Shown here in pieces: positions 9,689-19,952 of a stretch of DNA of 54,358 nucleotides. The notes under the pieces were generated by a model. The model did not search any database and had not been told where the DNA came from. It saw nothing but the letters and a program-made list of their open reading frames with translations. Both the position numbers and the translations under genes were made by a program. The DNA is taken from positions 1 through 54,358 of IMG/VR virus record IMGVR_UViG_3300046703_000036. One strand, written 5' to 3'. Every line of letters starts with the position of its first letter. Positions within the stretch are counted from its first letter, which is position 1. The stretch is from a virus. Its lineage: Duplodnaviria > Caudoviricetes.

Positions 9689-9718
9689 TCGCTTTTGTTA
9701 AGCGGAGGGCCGTAAGAC

Positions 9719-11680
9719 TTGAGCCAATTTGCTATCTATACGTTCGCAGAGAATAGCGCGACCGTAACGAATCACGGCTCGGGCGGTTCGGGTTATAACG
9801 GACAAGCAAACCGCAATATGTACGCGGTTCGCAATGGCCACGGAACTTATGGCCCGTTCGGAGCGGCCGATCATATTATTGTCCCGGCGGGTGCGGCCAA
9901 TAACAACCAATTAATTCACTCTTGGGAGCTTGCTTTTTATGTAGTTGGCAACGGAGCGGACGCGACCTATGCTCACCTTTGGGATAAAGCATACGGCGGC
10001 TACATGCTCGAGATGCAAAAGTTCGGCGGATATTATCGCTTCACGCTTTATAGGGCAATAGCGGGAGGCGGCGGCTGCTTTTGGTCTTGGATGACGGGCT
10101 CGTTTAATATTGGGGAAGTGTATTATCTGCAAGTCGCGGCGAACATGCCCGCGAATCCGCAATCGGCGTCACTCGGGAACGTTCACTGTCATATCGGTTG
10201 GGGTAACAACGCCCCCGTTCATTGGAGCGACTCGAGCAAAATGGAGTTTGGTCGCAGTGGAGCGGGGACATCTTGGTTTAATGATTCGGGCCAAACCGTC
10301 ATGATCGGGAATTCCCCGGCAAACAATTACAACGCGAACGTTTACTTTTGGATCATACGCGAATACGATCAAATTATCAATTGGGATAACTCGGGCAATT
10401 GGGCGACAGATCACTTGCTTTGGAATCCGAATCAAGCGACGACGATATCATGCAACGCAAGCACGTTGACCCCGATACTCGGCGCGAATTACGTAGTCTC
10501 TGGGACACTGCAAACGACGGGCGGAACAAAGCTCGCATACAAACCGCTCACGGTATTTTACAGCCTCGACAATGGCGGGACATGGCAATGGACGGGCGAC
10601 GGTTGGACGAACACCGACGCGAATGGCAACTATTCCTATGCACAAACGGCCGTCGCGACCGAATGGGAGTATGTCGAATACTATGGAGGAACAGGTTACA
10701 ATTCATGCATAAGCCCGGTCATTAAAGTCTATGGACAAAAGATTCCGACGTCTCTCTCGTTAGCAACTTCTAATGCCAATCCTCCGCTTGGAGCGACATT
10801 CACACTCTCCGGGACATTGCGAGCAAATGGCGTAGCGTTCGCGAATCAATCTATTGACTTATGGGTCGCCTCAATGCAAAGCGGGCCATGGACTCACACA
10901 GTTGGAGCCGCAACTACTGACTCGAGCGGCAACTATTCTAAGAACATAACAGCGATCGCGGGGACTATGTATTATGGAGTTAGCTTCATAGAGATAGGCA
11001 ATTATGCGGGCTGCTCGTCCTCACCTCTTACAGTCCCGATCGCAACGATCACAAACGTCGACGTGACGATCAATGCAACGACGATCACGTCAGAGTCGGG
11101 CGTCAAATCTCCGACTGAATTTATCGCTGTCGATGGGACGGTCAACCTTAACGACATAGGAACAGATCATCACCATGAGCATGCGAGTGTTGATGCGAGC
11201 GTCCTTGACATAATACCTCAGATTGACTGTACTATCGTATCGGGGTGCGTTTATAGCAACGCGAGTCGCGAGGACTTCTTTGCTCCCGTCGTAGAAGCTG
11301 ACGCCGATACGGTTTGGCTTGACATCGAGGGAATGTATGAGGTAGTGATCCCCTTCGGCCCGATCGTCGAAGCAGAGGCGCTCAACATGCCCGTCGCACA
11401 ACTTAGCACAGAGGTTCATGCGGCCGTCATTGAATCAATCGCGGCGACTGCTCCCTTCTGTCCGACGCACATATCGCAAGTTCTCAACTTAACAACTATC
11501 GAAGCGGGCGAGTCCGAAGTGGTCGACCCATATTGCCATGTGAATAATCCCGAATGGATCACGACCGACGGCGAGATCTTAGAGGAGATCGAAGTCGACG
11601 CGACAATCGTGGAGACGGCATTCATCGGCGGGACTGTTATCGAATTGGAGGAAATTGAGATGGAGGTCTCTTACGAATGA
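9719..11680 (+). CDS. Multidomain adhesin: LamG/ConA-like domain, two Ig-like repeats, acidic repeats
   Basis: Trp/Gly/Asn-rich N-domain; tandem T.(I/L)S...S...P.LGA....SGTL...T.(T)D..GNYS repeats; acidic C-terminal repeats. Confidence 0.65.
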   Translation: MSQFAIYTFAENSATVTNHGSGGSGYNGQANRNMYAVRNGHGTYGPFGAADHIIVPAGAANNNQLIHSWELAFYVVGNGADATYAHLWDKAYGGYMLEMQKFGGYYRFTLYRAIAGGGGCFWSWMTGSFNIGEVYYLQVAANMPANPQSASLGNVHCHIGWGNNAPVHWSDSSKMEFGRSGAGTSWFNDSGQTVMIGNSPANNYNANVYFWIIREYDQIINWDNSGNWATDHLLWNPNQATTISCNASTLTPILGANYVVSGTLQTTGGTKLAYKPLTVFYSLDNGGTWQWTGDGWTNTDANGNYSYAQTAVATEWEYVEYYGGTGYNSCISPVIKVYGQKIPTSLSLATSNANPPLGATFTLSGTLRANGVAFANQSIDLWVASMQSGPWTHTVGAATTDSSGNYSKNITAIAGTMYYGVSFIEIGNYAGCSSSPLTVPIATITNVDVTINATTITSESGVKSPTEFIAVDGTVNLNDIGTDHHHEHASVDASVLDIIPQIDCTIVSGCVYSNASREDFFAPVVEADADTVWLDIEGMYEVVIPFGPIVEAEALNMPVAQLSTEVHAAVIESIAATAPFCPTHISQVLNLTTIEAGESEVVDPYCHVNNPEWITTDGEILEEIEVDATIVETAFIGGTVIELEEIEMEVSYE

Positions 11681-12045
11681 CGACCTTTGATATTCATATC
11701 GACGAACGGGCGTCGCTTACGGTTAAGGTAAACACCAAGAAGCCCGACGGAACTCCGAGGGACGTAACCGGGGCAACAATAGAGTGGAATGCGACGCATA
11801 ATGACGTTGAGGAGATAACAAAGACAACGGAAGACGGGACGATCCAATACGGGACGCCGGTCGAGGGAGAAATACGATACTTCGCGTTTACATTCTTACC
11901 AGACGATACGGTTCTCCCGGATGAATCGGAATACGGAACGCCCGTTCTCTATCGGCATGAGGCCCGGGTCTATCTAGATGCAAAGGAGTTCGTAGCGATT
12001 AGAGGGCGGCTGTTTATAACACCGTCGCAAACAGGGGAGGTTTAA
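11677..12045 (+). CDS. BppU-N-like adaptor domain protein
   Basis: DGTPRDVTGATIEW...RHEAR...RGRLFITP; paralogous to the C-terminus of 14962-15990. Confidence 0.55.
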   Translation: MTTFDIHIDERASLTVKVNTKKPDGTPRDVTGATIEWNATHNDVEEITKTTEDGTIQYGTPVEGEIRYFAFTFLPDDTVLPDESEYGTPVLYRHEARVYLDAKEFVAIRGRLFITPSQTGEV

Positions 12046-12046
12046 A

Positions 12047-13189
12047 ATGACAATAACAGTAACAGGCGGCCCGGCTTACGGGTTAAGTTGGAATAAAACA
12101 ACGCAGACTGATGGAAACGGTACTCGTGTAGCTTCCGCAGCGGGATTAACGGCGGGCGCTGACTTTAATGCTCTGTCGGGAGGCGCGTGGGGATTGCGTC
12201 GCTGTAACCTATGGGATGATGGCACCCCAACCGCTTATTATGGTGATAGGTGTTACACCGATACCGACATAGCGAATATGGGTCAGGCGATGGTACAGAT
12301 CCCTAAGTTCTATTATTATATGGAATATGACGCGGGAACAACGACTTATTATTGGTTCGTTACAACTAATGCTTCAACGACGATAGACGTGGGGTTAGGC
12401 ATTGGACCTCAGGCGGTTAAGATACACCCAGCATTTACGCGCAATACAGTAACTAAGAATGATATTTACTTAGGCGCGTATGAGGGGTTTGTTAATGCCC
12501 CCTCTGGTAAATTAGAATCTAAATCGGACGTAGCGCCGACAGCATCAATAAACATAGCGCAGTTTAGAATTGCCGCTCAATTACGCGCAGGTGTAGCTGA
12601 TAAGTGGGAAATAAACGACTATCTAACTACAAGCGCGGTTCAATTGTTAATCCTTATTGAATATGGTGGTTTCAATTCGGCGGCGTTACTTGGGCAGGGA
12701 CTTACTAATACCACGATTCAAAATACCGGACTTACTGCATCTTACGGGAATACTTCATATGGTGTTACAAGCGATGGCACGCATGCGATTAGTTATCGTG
12801 GAATTGAAAACTTCTATGGCAACGTCCATAAACATATCGACGGACTAAACATTAAAGCAGACCATAACCCATGGATAGCAGACCACGGTTTCGTAAGCGA
12901 TACATTCGCAGCGCCCTATGTTGATACAACGCTTACGTTGTATGCTTCTAGTGATTATGCCGGTGATATTGCGACAACCGCAACGATTGATTATGGGTTT
13001 TTACCATCGGCGGGTGGGGGTTCGGCTTCGACAAAACTTTGCAGCTATTACATGCAAATCACAGGAAACGCGCACGCGCTATTTGGTGGGCGCAAGGATT
13101 GGCCCATAGGTATGTTTTCAATACTGCCAATGCTTGTTGCAGTATCCGCGACAGCCGATTATGGCGCGCGCTTAATGTATATCGGGTAA
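12047..13189 (+). CDS. Receptor-binding protein with C-type-lectin (Mtd/FGE-like) fold
   Basis: MVQIPKFYY, YLGAYEG, YRGIENFYGNV and LFGG...YGARL motifs. Confidence 0.7.
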   Translation: MTITVTGGPAYGLSWNKTTQTDGNGTRVASAAGLTAGADFNALSGGAWGLRRCNLWDDGTPTAYYGDRCYTDTDIANMGQAMVQIPKFYYYMEYDAGTTTYYWFVTTNASTTIDVGLGIGPQAVKIHPAFTRNTVTKNDIYLGAYEGFVNAPSGKLESKSDVAPTASINIAQFRIAAQLRAGVADKWEINDYLTTSAVQLLILIEYGGFNSAALLGQGLTNTTIQNTGLTASYGNTSYGVTSDGTHAISYRGIENFYGNVHKHIDGLNIKADHNPWIADHGFVSDTFAAPYVDTTLTLYASSDYAGDIATTATIDYGFLPSAGGGSASTKLCSYYMQITGNAHALFGGRKDWPIGMFSILPMLVAVSATADYGARLMYIG

Positions 13190-14380
13190 GTGAGGCAATC
13201 AAAAAAGATGACCTATCCATCCAAGCGAATATTCGCTGCTGCAGGAACGTTTGAAGCTTTTACTGATGCCGAAGTAGCGTTTTTTGGCATTGAAGGATGG
13301 GAACCAATCCTGCCCTGCACGTTGGGGACTACTGGAGCACCGGCAACACCAACACTTGCAGAGATTGAGCCGACCATTCAAAGATACGCTGATGTAGGGT
13401 TACCAGTGTGGCTTGAAATCGAAACTAATATGAACGGCGGCACAGTAAAAGCCACGCCGTATTCCTACTATGATTTTATGCTTGCCGGTATGGCAACCGC
13501 CGATGCAGATGACCGTATAAGTGGGTTCGTATGGGAATATGGCTACGATAACGGCATCGAATGGTTGCGCGACCACACAGATAAAATATTGTCTATGCAA
13601 TATATTAAAATTGCGTGGGAGAATACGCCTTATTTTATAAATGATGACCATACCATCGACTATCGGCTTGGTCTTATCGATGAGTTGGTATGGGAAACGT
13701 TCGCTATGGATGAACTTGGTACAGCGATTATTGCATTTAATTATGTAATTGATAACTTCCCTAATATAAAATTAGGAATAAACCAGCAAACCGATGATAA
13801 TACTTACGTTTCATATTGGGGAGATGCGTGGAACCCTCTTGTAGGTCCATTTTATTCCTATGAAGAGCGCAAGAAACGCGCTCAGACGTTTATATATAAC
13901 TTAAAAGCGGCTACGCAACCGTTCAATGTATTACATCAATCATACGGGGGGGCCCCATCCGTCACAACGCAATGCGATTTCAGCGATTCGCTTGGTATGT
14001 TCGGCGCAGGGACGAAGGGCGTGGTAAATATGCGAGAAACAGGACTTAGTCCATTATATTCCCGTGTTAGTGAATGCGTAATGCATAGTGGTTCTTATAA
14101 TACACCCCTTACCCCCCCGATAGATGCGTTTGTAAACACCGGCAACGAACTAATACTTTTAAAAAGCTATGGAGTGGACTGTGCAGCACACGTGATAACC
14201 GTAACATCAACCGATACACTAACCCACGAAGATTATAAGCTCGCGTTATCGCCAAATAGGGGTACTGTTATAGGCCCGTTCCCGGCCGCACTTTTTGGGT
14301 CTCTTCCAACAATCACTTATGATAACACAAATTTGCATATCTCGATATTGAAGGCCGCGCTATATTCGGAGGTGTGTTAA
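13190..14380 (+). CDS. Putative glycoside-hydrolase-like domain fused to an 'NTG...GPF' domain
   Basis: Acidic/aromatic N-domain; C-terminal DAFVNTGNEL...IGPFP shared with 19100 and 19476. Confidence 0.5.
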   Translation: MRQSKKMTYPSKRIFAAAGTFEAFTDAEVAFFGIEGWEPILPCTLGTTGAPATPTLAEIEPTIQRYADVGLPVWLEIETNMNGGTVKATPYSYYDFMLAGMATADADDRISGFVWEYGYDNGIEWLRDHTDKILSMQYIKIAWENTPYFINDDHTIDYRLGLIDELVWETFAMDELGTAIIAFNYVIDNFPNIKLGINQQTDDNTYVSYWGDAWNPLVGPFYSYEERKKRAQTFIYNLKAATQPFNVLHQSYGGAPSVTTQCDFSDSLGMFGAGTKGVVNMRETGLSPLYSRVSECVMHSGSYNTPLTPPIDAFVNTGNELILLKSYGVDCAAHVITVTSTDTLTHEDYKLALSPNRGTVIGPFPAALFGSLPTITYDNTNLHISILKAALYSEVC

Positions 14381-14383
14381 ACG

Positions 14384-14965
14384 ATGACCGACACAATACC
14401 CGCAATCCTCACTTATGATGGCCCCACACCGACTTATATAGCGGTGAATATTACTGATGATATAACCGTTGATGCGAGAACTATCATTCACCTTTACAAC
14501 GATTCCGCCGTCAATGACGTTATTGTGTTTTATCTTAGCGATTTGCCTTGTCAAACCGTTTTGATTCCTCCGGGAGACGAATTAATTTTAGGGCTGTTCA
14601 ATGTTGACTCGTACGCTCCGACACTTACTATCATACACTCACAAACCGCCGACGTGACTATGACAGTCCTTACGATCGGGGGAATACAAACTCAATATTT
14701 GCAGCAAGACGGGCTTACTCCGAACTATTCTATTATGCCGCCCGCCGACACTTTTGAACACGCGGGCAACGAAATTATATGTATAAAAAATAGCGGTTAC
14801 GAGACCCCGCATGAATATACGTTAACTGTCGGTGAGAGCGAATACGTCTTGACAATCCCGGCGAATCGTTGTGCGTTTATTCGTCCCCCAATCCGGGCGA
14901 CGGAAATTCATTACGACACAGAATCAGATCTTGAGATCACTATATTAAAGGAGCCGACGACATGA
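14384..14965 (+). CDS. Virion protein with two 'NTG...GPF'-like domains
   Basis: Internal duplication (YDGPTPTY / QDGLTPNY). Confidence 0.55.
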   Translation: MTDTIPAILTYDGPTPTYIAVNITDDITVDARTIIHLYNDSAVNDVIVFYLSDLPCQTVLIPPGDELILGLFNVDSYAPTLTIIHSQTADVTMTVLTIGGIQTQYLQQDGLTPNYSIMPPADTFEHAGNEIICIKNSGYETPHEYTLTVGESEYVLTIPANRCAFIRPPIRATEIHYDTESDLEITILKEPTT

Positions 14966-15990
14966 CGACAGCGGCATTCCCGACGCAAGATATTTCAGAG
15001 GACGGATACATCCCGACTTATGATGCAGTAAGCGTCAGCGACAGTGTCCCAATAGTTCCGACGACATTTTGTCATTTGTTTAACGACAGCTTGACCGCCG
15101 ACGTTATCACTGTGTCAACGTTGTGCGATACAGATTCTTATACGGCAACGCTTCCGGCGGCCGTTGAGGGTATAGCCGGAGAGCTGTTCTTGGGGCCATT
15201 CGATATGGACACGTATGCTCAAGTCGTTAAGATAGCGCATTCGCACCCCGGGAGTGTGTCTATGGCCGCATTAAACGCACCGGCAGGAACATACATAGAG
15301 ACGACTGTCGTCGAGAGCGAAGCAACGTCGGTTAATCCGTCTCTCGTGATTGATGCAGATATAACGACCGTGGTCGCCGGGATTGAAGCGTCCGCCGACG
15401 TTGTTTATCCGCTCACGGTCGCCGACTACTTGGCTATTCCAGCTTCCGCCGAATCAGAGGCCGAGATTCTTGCTCCTTGTCAATTATGCCGCGTAAGCTC
15501 GACTATCACAACTACGACAATCGAAGCCGTCGCGGGCGACATTGCTCCGACAGCACCAATCTCAGTTCAAACAGGACTCCCGCTTCCCGCCGAAGTCTCA
15601 GCCTCGACAGGGATTCCGGCTATTATATCGGGAACTCCGGCAATTGATATTTCAATGGAGGAGGGGGCGACTCGCTCCATATTGATGAGCTTTAACAAAC
15701 AGAACGGCGATCCGTTCCCTCTGACTGATGTGACGATCGAATGGAATGCGACGTGTGAGGGAATAGTGAAGATCACAAAGACGACGCCTCACGCCTTGGA
15801 GATTATCGGCCCGGATAGCGGACTCGTTCGATTTGATCTTTTACCCGTCGATACGGAACTCACCGAGGTCGAGGACTTAGACACGCCGGTTATATTCCGA
15901 CATGAGGCCCGAATAACGACAGTCGATGCAAAAGAATACATTGGCGTGAGAGGACGAATGTTCATAACGCCTAAGATGATAACAGCATGA
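14962..15990 (+). CDS. Virion protein: 'GPF' domain, acidic repeats, BppU-N-like domain
   Basis: EDGYIPTY...LGPF; IE(S/A).A.V..P repeats; FRHEAR...RGRMFITP. Confidence 0.6.
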   Translation: MTTAAFPTQDISEDGYIPTYDAVSVSDSVPIVPTTFCHLFNDSLTADVITVSTLCDTDSYTATLPAAVEGIAGELFLGPFDMDTYAQVVKIAHSHPGSVSMAALNAPAGTYIETTVVESEATSVNPSLVIDADITTVVAGIEASADVVYPLTVADYLAIPASAESEAEILAPCQLCRVSSTITTTTIEAVAGDIAPTAPISVQTGLPLPAEVSASTGIPAIISGTPAIDISMEEGATRSILMSFNKQNGDPFPLTDVTIEWNATCEGIVKITKTTPHALEIIGPDSGLVRFDLLPVDTELTEVEDLDTPVIFRHEARITTVDAKEYIGVRGRMFITPKMITA

Positions 15991-16002
15991 AGGGAGGTTA
16001 CG

Positions 16003-16641
16003 ATGAGATACACGCTTAAAACAATAGAAGCGCCGACACAATATCCGGTCGAGACCGAGGCTATGATGCGATTCGTTAGACTCGACACGACCAACCCGGC
16101 ATATACGACGACCTCTGATGAGGGACTCTTTGTCGAGGACTTAATCGGGGCTGCGACGGCAATGCTCGAGGAACTCACGGGCCGGGCCTTTATGACTCAA
16201 GTCCTTGAGATGGTCATGACGCCGGTCTTGAGGCCGGGCGTGACGGCGGGCATGTCGACGTATGCTTATGAGCTGCTTCCCGACCCGATCAAACTATGGA
16301 GGCCGCCTTGTCAATTAGTCCTTGGGGTATATGCGACCGATCAAGCCGGGACATCATACGCACAAAGCAGCGCGAATTATACGGTCAACTACGATCAGCA
16401 ACCGGCCGAGATAACACTAAAAGAAGGGGGCGCGTGGAATTATTACAACCGGGGCGCTTACAAGATACGCTATGTCGCGGGTTACGGGGACACGATTGAC
16501 GACGTCCCACATCAGATACGGCAAGCGATCCGGGTCACTGTCGCACAGTGGTACGCACAACGGGAGAACATGGACTATTCGCTCCCGACGGCCGCCGTCG
16601 ACTTAATCTCAAATCTAGCCTTGGAGGTGCGTGACCTATAA
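16003..16641 (+). CDS. Head-tail adaptor (HK97 gp6 / phiE125 gp8-like)
   Basis: LIGAATAMLEELTGRAF, KIRYVAGYG and VPHQIRQAI...WYAQRE motifs. Confidence 0.9.
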   Translation: MRYTLKTIEAPTQYPVETEAMMRFVRLDTTNPAYTTTSDEGLFVEDLIGAATAMLEELTGRAFMTQVLEMVMTPVLRPGVTAGMSTYAYELLPDPIKLWRPPCQLVLGVYATDQAGTSYAQSSANYTVNYDQQPAEITLKEGGAWNYYNRGAYKIRYVAGYGDTIDDVPHQIRQAIRVTVAQWYAQRENMDYSLPTAAVDLISNLALEVRDL

Positions 16642-17057
16642 TGGTTTTGCCTAAATGGAAATGGACTCAGCAATCGCCGGGCCTCGCGAACCTCTGGTCT
16701 AAGATGAATCAGCGGGTCATAATCCAACAACAAAAGGGAACGGTCGACCTCGCGGGCGGGACTCCTCCCGACTTTGAGGACTACCTAACGGGGCCGGACG
16801 GACACGGAGTCGACGCTGAGATCAGGGAACCAAAGCCGGACGACATTATAATAGCTCTCGCAGCTAATATTAAACTCACACACGCGATAAAAGTCAGATA
16901 CGACAACAGAATCAAGGAAGATATGCAAATCAAATATTGGGACGACGGCGAGTATCACTATGCACGAATCAAGACGATAGTCGACCCGAACTTTAATCAC
17001 TTATACATGCTCTTGGGATGCGTCGAGGACGTCCCGCTTGCGGAGGCATATAGATAA
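16641..17057 (+). CDS. Head closure/stopper protein (SPP1 gp16-like)
   Basis: MNQRVIIQQ and THAIKVRY...IKEDMQI motifs; synteny. Confidence 0.85.
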   Translation: MVLPKWKWTQQSPGLANLWSKMNQRVIIQQQKGTVDLAGGTPPDFEDYLTGPDGHGVDAEIREPKPDDIIIALAANIKLTHAIKVRYDNRIKEDMQIKYWDDGEYHYARIKTIVDPNFNHLYMLLGCVEDVPLAEAYR

Positions 17058-17614
17058 TGGCCGGAGCAAAAGAACGGCTGGTCGATGCAAGTATCATCGG
17101 AGCGGACAAGCTCAAGGCTCAATTCGACTCAGCTCTCCCGAAGGTCAAGCAACAACTCGCGACCGATCTAAATAAGCTCGGATTCGACGCGGCTAATAAA
17201 CTGAGACAGCGGATCGCGGGGCCGCTCCCCCCGAGTGGCTATCCCGCCCGGAGGACGTCGCACATGATGACCGGGATTAGTGTCGAGAAGGCAAGCGCGA
17301 ACATGCCATTTGTGAATATCAGGTCTAAAGAAAAGTACTTCGGTTGGGTCAACGAGGGAACTCCGCCTCACGGCGTTAGCAAGGAGGGGCAAGCAGCAAT
17401 AGCACGATGGTCGATAGCGCACCCGTATTCGTATCAGGACAAAAAGTCGGGCAAGACCGTTAAAGTGTCCCCCGAAGCGAGCGCATATCTAATCTCCCGG
17501 GCAATCAAGAAGCGAGGAAGTCCGCCGAGACACATCACCGACGCGGTTATTCCGGGAATACAAGTAATAGCGAGACTCACCGTTGAGGCGGCTCTTGGGA
17601 GAGTGAACCTATGA
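17057..17614 (+). CDS. HK97 gp10-like neck protein
   Basis: YFGWVNEGTPPH and ISRAIKKRG motifs; synteny. Confidence 0.8.
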   Translation: MAGAKERLVDASIIGADKLKAQFDSALPKVKQQLATDLNKLGFDAANKLRQRIAGPLPPSGYPARRTSHMMTGISVEKASANMPFVNIRSKEKYFGWVNEGTPPHGVSKEGQAAIARWSIAHPYSYQDKKSGKTVKVSPEASAYLISRAIKKRGSPPRHITDAVIPGIQVIARLTVEAALGRVNL

Positions 17615-18075
17615 CAGTCACAGGAACGATAAAGAAAAACCCGCAATACGAATTAAGAATCTTTATTCGTGGGCTGCTCGACAACGCGATTTGGTATAAA
17701 GGGAAGACAGTCGCCGTATTCGAGGCCGTTCCGAAGGGCTATCCCCGGCCGTATATCGTCCTCGAGGATTGCACATGGGATAACGGGTCAACAAAGGACA
17801 AATTTGAGGAGGACTATGTTCTCAAGGTCGGCGTTTATACCGACTATGGGGGAACATTGGACAATTGCGCGATAATTAACGTCGTTTATGAGATACTCTC
17901 AACGAAATACAACGCGGGCGAACTGCAATTCGATACGGCAAGCGACTTTTGTGTTACTATATTTTGGTTCGGGAGTGGAGAGACGCGAGTCATGCGGGCG
18001 GAAGAAACAGGTTGGGAGGACGATCTCGAGCGAACGATGCTCGACCTTATGTTTAGAATTAAACAATTGAGGTGA
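17611..18075 (+). CDS. Tail terminator/completion protein (DUF3168-like)
   Basis: VFEAVP....PYIVL...W..GSTKD motif; synteny. Confidence 0.8.
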   Translation: MTVTGTIKKNPQYELRIFIRGLLDNAIWYKGKTVAVFEAVPKGYPRPYIVLEDCTWDNGSTKDKFEEDYVLKVGVYTDYGGTLDNCAIINVVYEILSTKYNAGELQFDTASDFCVTIFWFGSGETRVMRAEETGWEDDLERTMLDLMFRIKQLR

Positions 18076-18079
18076 TGAA

Positions 18080-18655
18080 TTGGTCAAGAAAAAGATTAAG
18101 ACAGTTAAAGCAGTCAAAGGGGCGGTCGAAGTCGTCGGAGCCTCAATTATGATTGAGAACGATGTTCCGTTCTCAGATAAATTAGAGGACTTTAAAGAGA
18201 ACCTCTCAGAAGCATTGGAGCCGATAACAGAGGAAGCTCCTAAGAGCGATATGTGGGCGCTATATCGTGTTTTAAAACAGCGATTAGAGGCCGAGGGCAT
18301 CTCCGTTAACGAGCCTCTCACAGTTACCCCACAAGTAACGATTGAAAAAGACTTTGTTAAAGATTGCATGGCTATGATCCCCGTCAATATGGTCGGAACC
18401 TTGCCGGAATTTGCTCCGTTCAATGTAGCGGCGCGAGTGACTTGTATCGTCGCGAAGGGCGACAACACAGGTCTCCGGTTGGATCTCCTTAAACAGTCGG
18501 TGAGAGCCGCCGTTATGCAAGAACCGTTAGACTTTGGATTGTTGTTCAAAGTCAATGTCGTAGTTACGGAGGAGGATGACTTTAGAGAAATCGGATTCCG
18601 TAAGAGCAGATTGACTCTCCATTTGGGAGTCGTAAGAACTAAACAAAAGAGGTGA
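18080..18655 (+). CDS. Hypothetical protein in tail module
   Basis: GAGGTGA SD; TTG start; 191 aa; no recognisable family. Confidence 0.65.
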   Translation: MVKKKIKTVKAVKGAVEVVGASIMIENDVPFSDKLEDFKENLSEALEPITEEAPKSDMWALYRVLKQRLEAEGISVNEPLTVTPQVTIEKDFVKDCMAMIPVNMVGTLPEFAPFNVAARVTCIVAKGDNTGLRLDLLKQSVRAAVMQEPLDFGLLFKVNVVVTEEDDFREIGFRKSRLTLHLGVVRTKQKR

Positions 18656-18662
18656 ATAATAT

Positions 18663-19085
18663 ATGACAAGTTGCTATCCCGCAAGTTTTGAGAACGGGAC
18701 GGACACTAGATTGTATGTAGACGCCGCTTTGTCCGGGACTACGTCTTGGACAAAGATAGGGGGCGAGACGACATGCAAGATTAGCATAAAACCAAAGAGC
18801 GCAGAAGGGACGAACAAGGATTCAACGGGAGGCTTGACGCTTCCGGTCGGTTACGATTGGAGCATGAGCGGCGAGTGTCAATGGGATCTTGACGACCCCG
18901 GACAAGTGCTTCTCCGAGCAATGCCTATCGGCCTTGAACTAAGGAGAATCGCATGGAGACCGAACGGTGCGGCCGTCGGTTATTACGGCTATGCAATGGT
19001 CGGTTGGGATGCTGACGCTCCACAAAGAGCGATCACAAAGATGACTATCTCGGTCGACGGTTGCGGAGACATAGTTTACGCTTAA
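18663..19085 (+). CDS. Major tail tube protein
   Basis: NGTDTRLYV...WTKIGG, TNKDS and DWSMSGE motifs (TP901-1-like tube); synteny. Confidence 0.8.
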   Translation: MTSCYPASFENGTDTRLYVDAALSGTTSWTKIGGETTCKISIKPKSAEGTNKDSTGGLTLPVGYDWSMSGECQWDLDDPGQVLLRAMPIGLELRRIAWRPNGAAVGYYGYAMVGWDADAPQRAITKMTISVDGCGDIVYA

Positions 19086-19099
19086 GGAGTGAGTAACAC

Positions 19100-19462
19100 A
19101 TGGTAGCCGTAGTACATACAGCACACATTTGCGAACTCGCGGGGCTCGACTTGACCGCTCACTTAACGGCGGCTGTGGCTCCCGGCGGGACGACCGGAGA
19201 CAGCTTCCCGAACACCGGGAGGACGCTCTTTGTACATCTCAATGCGGACGGATCGAACGCAAAGACCGTCACCTTTGGAGAGGGCTCTTGTAACTTTGGG
19301 ACAGATCACGACAAGCTTGTCTCGACAGCGACCAGCACTAACATGATTTATGGCCCGTTCCCGTTGAGCAAGTTCGGAACGTCTATCCCGGTTGCTTTTG
19401 GAGGAACCGGCGGAATCACCAATGTCAAGGTATTGATTCTTGAGGTTCCGTTCGTGAACTAA
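19100..19462 (+). CDS. Small virion protein ('NTG...GPF' domain)
   Basis: GDSFPNTGR...MIYGPFP. Confidence 0.65.
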   Translation: MVAVVHTAHICELAGLDLTAHLTAAVAPGGTTGDSFPNTGRTLFVHLNADGSNAKTVTFGEGSCNFGTDHDKLVSTATSTNMIYGPFPLSKFGTSIPVAFGGTGGITNVKVLILEVPFVN

Positions 19463-19475
19463 GGAGGTTTAAAAT

Positions 19476-19922
19476 ATGGTAGTAGCAACCGAAGTAGATT
19501 TGCCGGTTCAAACGGCGACGTATCACGATACGATCCCCGGGACTCCCGACGACGATCACGTCGGGCTCAACATGACGATGCACACGGTCGCCGGGGATGA
19601 CATAACATACGGGATCACATTCGAGAATACCGGCCGGGAGATCGTGATTGTCCGCAAGACAAACGCGACAGAGGCCGTCTTGACAATGGTCTCCGGGGCG
19701 TGTGACCAAGGGTACACGACACAGCATAATGTCGTTGGACATCAGCAAACCGGAGCAGTCACGCCGACGTATAAGATCCTCGGGCCGTTTGAGCCGTCCC
19801 GATGGAATACGACATACGGAACGCTTGCCGACGCGGTAACGAACCGGGCAAAGATAACGTTCAGCGGCGAGACGACCGGCCTCGAAATCGTGGTCGTTAG
19901 AGTCCCGTATTGCGGAACGTAA
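19476..19922 (+). CDS. Small virion protein ('NTG...GPF' domain, paralog)
   Basis: ITFENTGREI...ILGPFEP. Confidence 0.65.
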   Translation: MVVATEVDLPVQTATYHDTIPGTPDDDHVGLNMTMHTVAGDDITYGITFENTGREIVIVRKTNATEAVLTMVSGACDQGYTTQHNVVGHQQTGAVTPTYKILGPFEPSRWNTTYGTLADAVTNRAKITFSGETTGLEIVVVRVPYCGT

Positions 19923-19952
19923 GGAATTAAAAGGAGTTTAATAAGAATCGAC

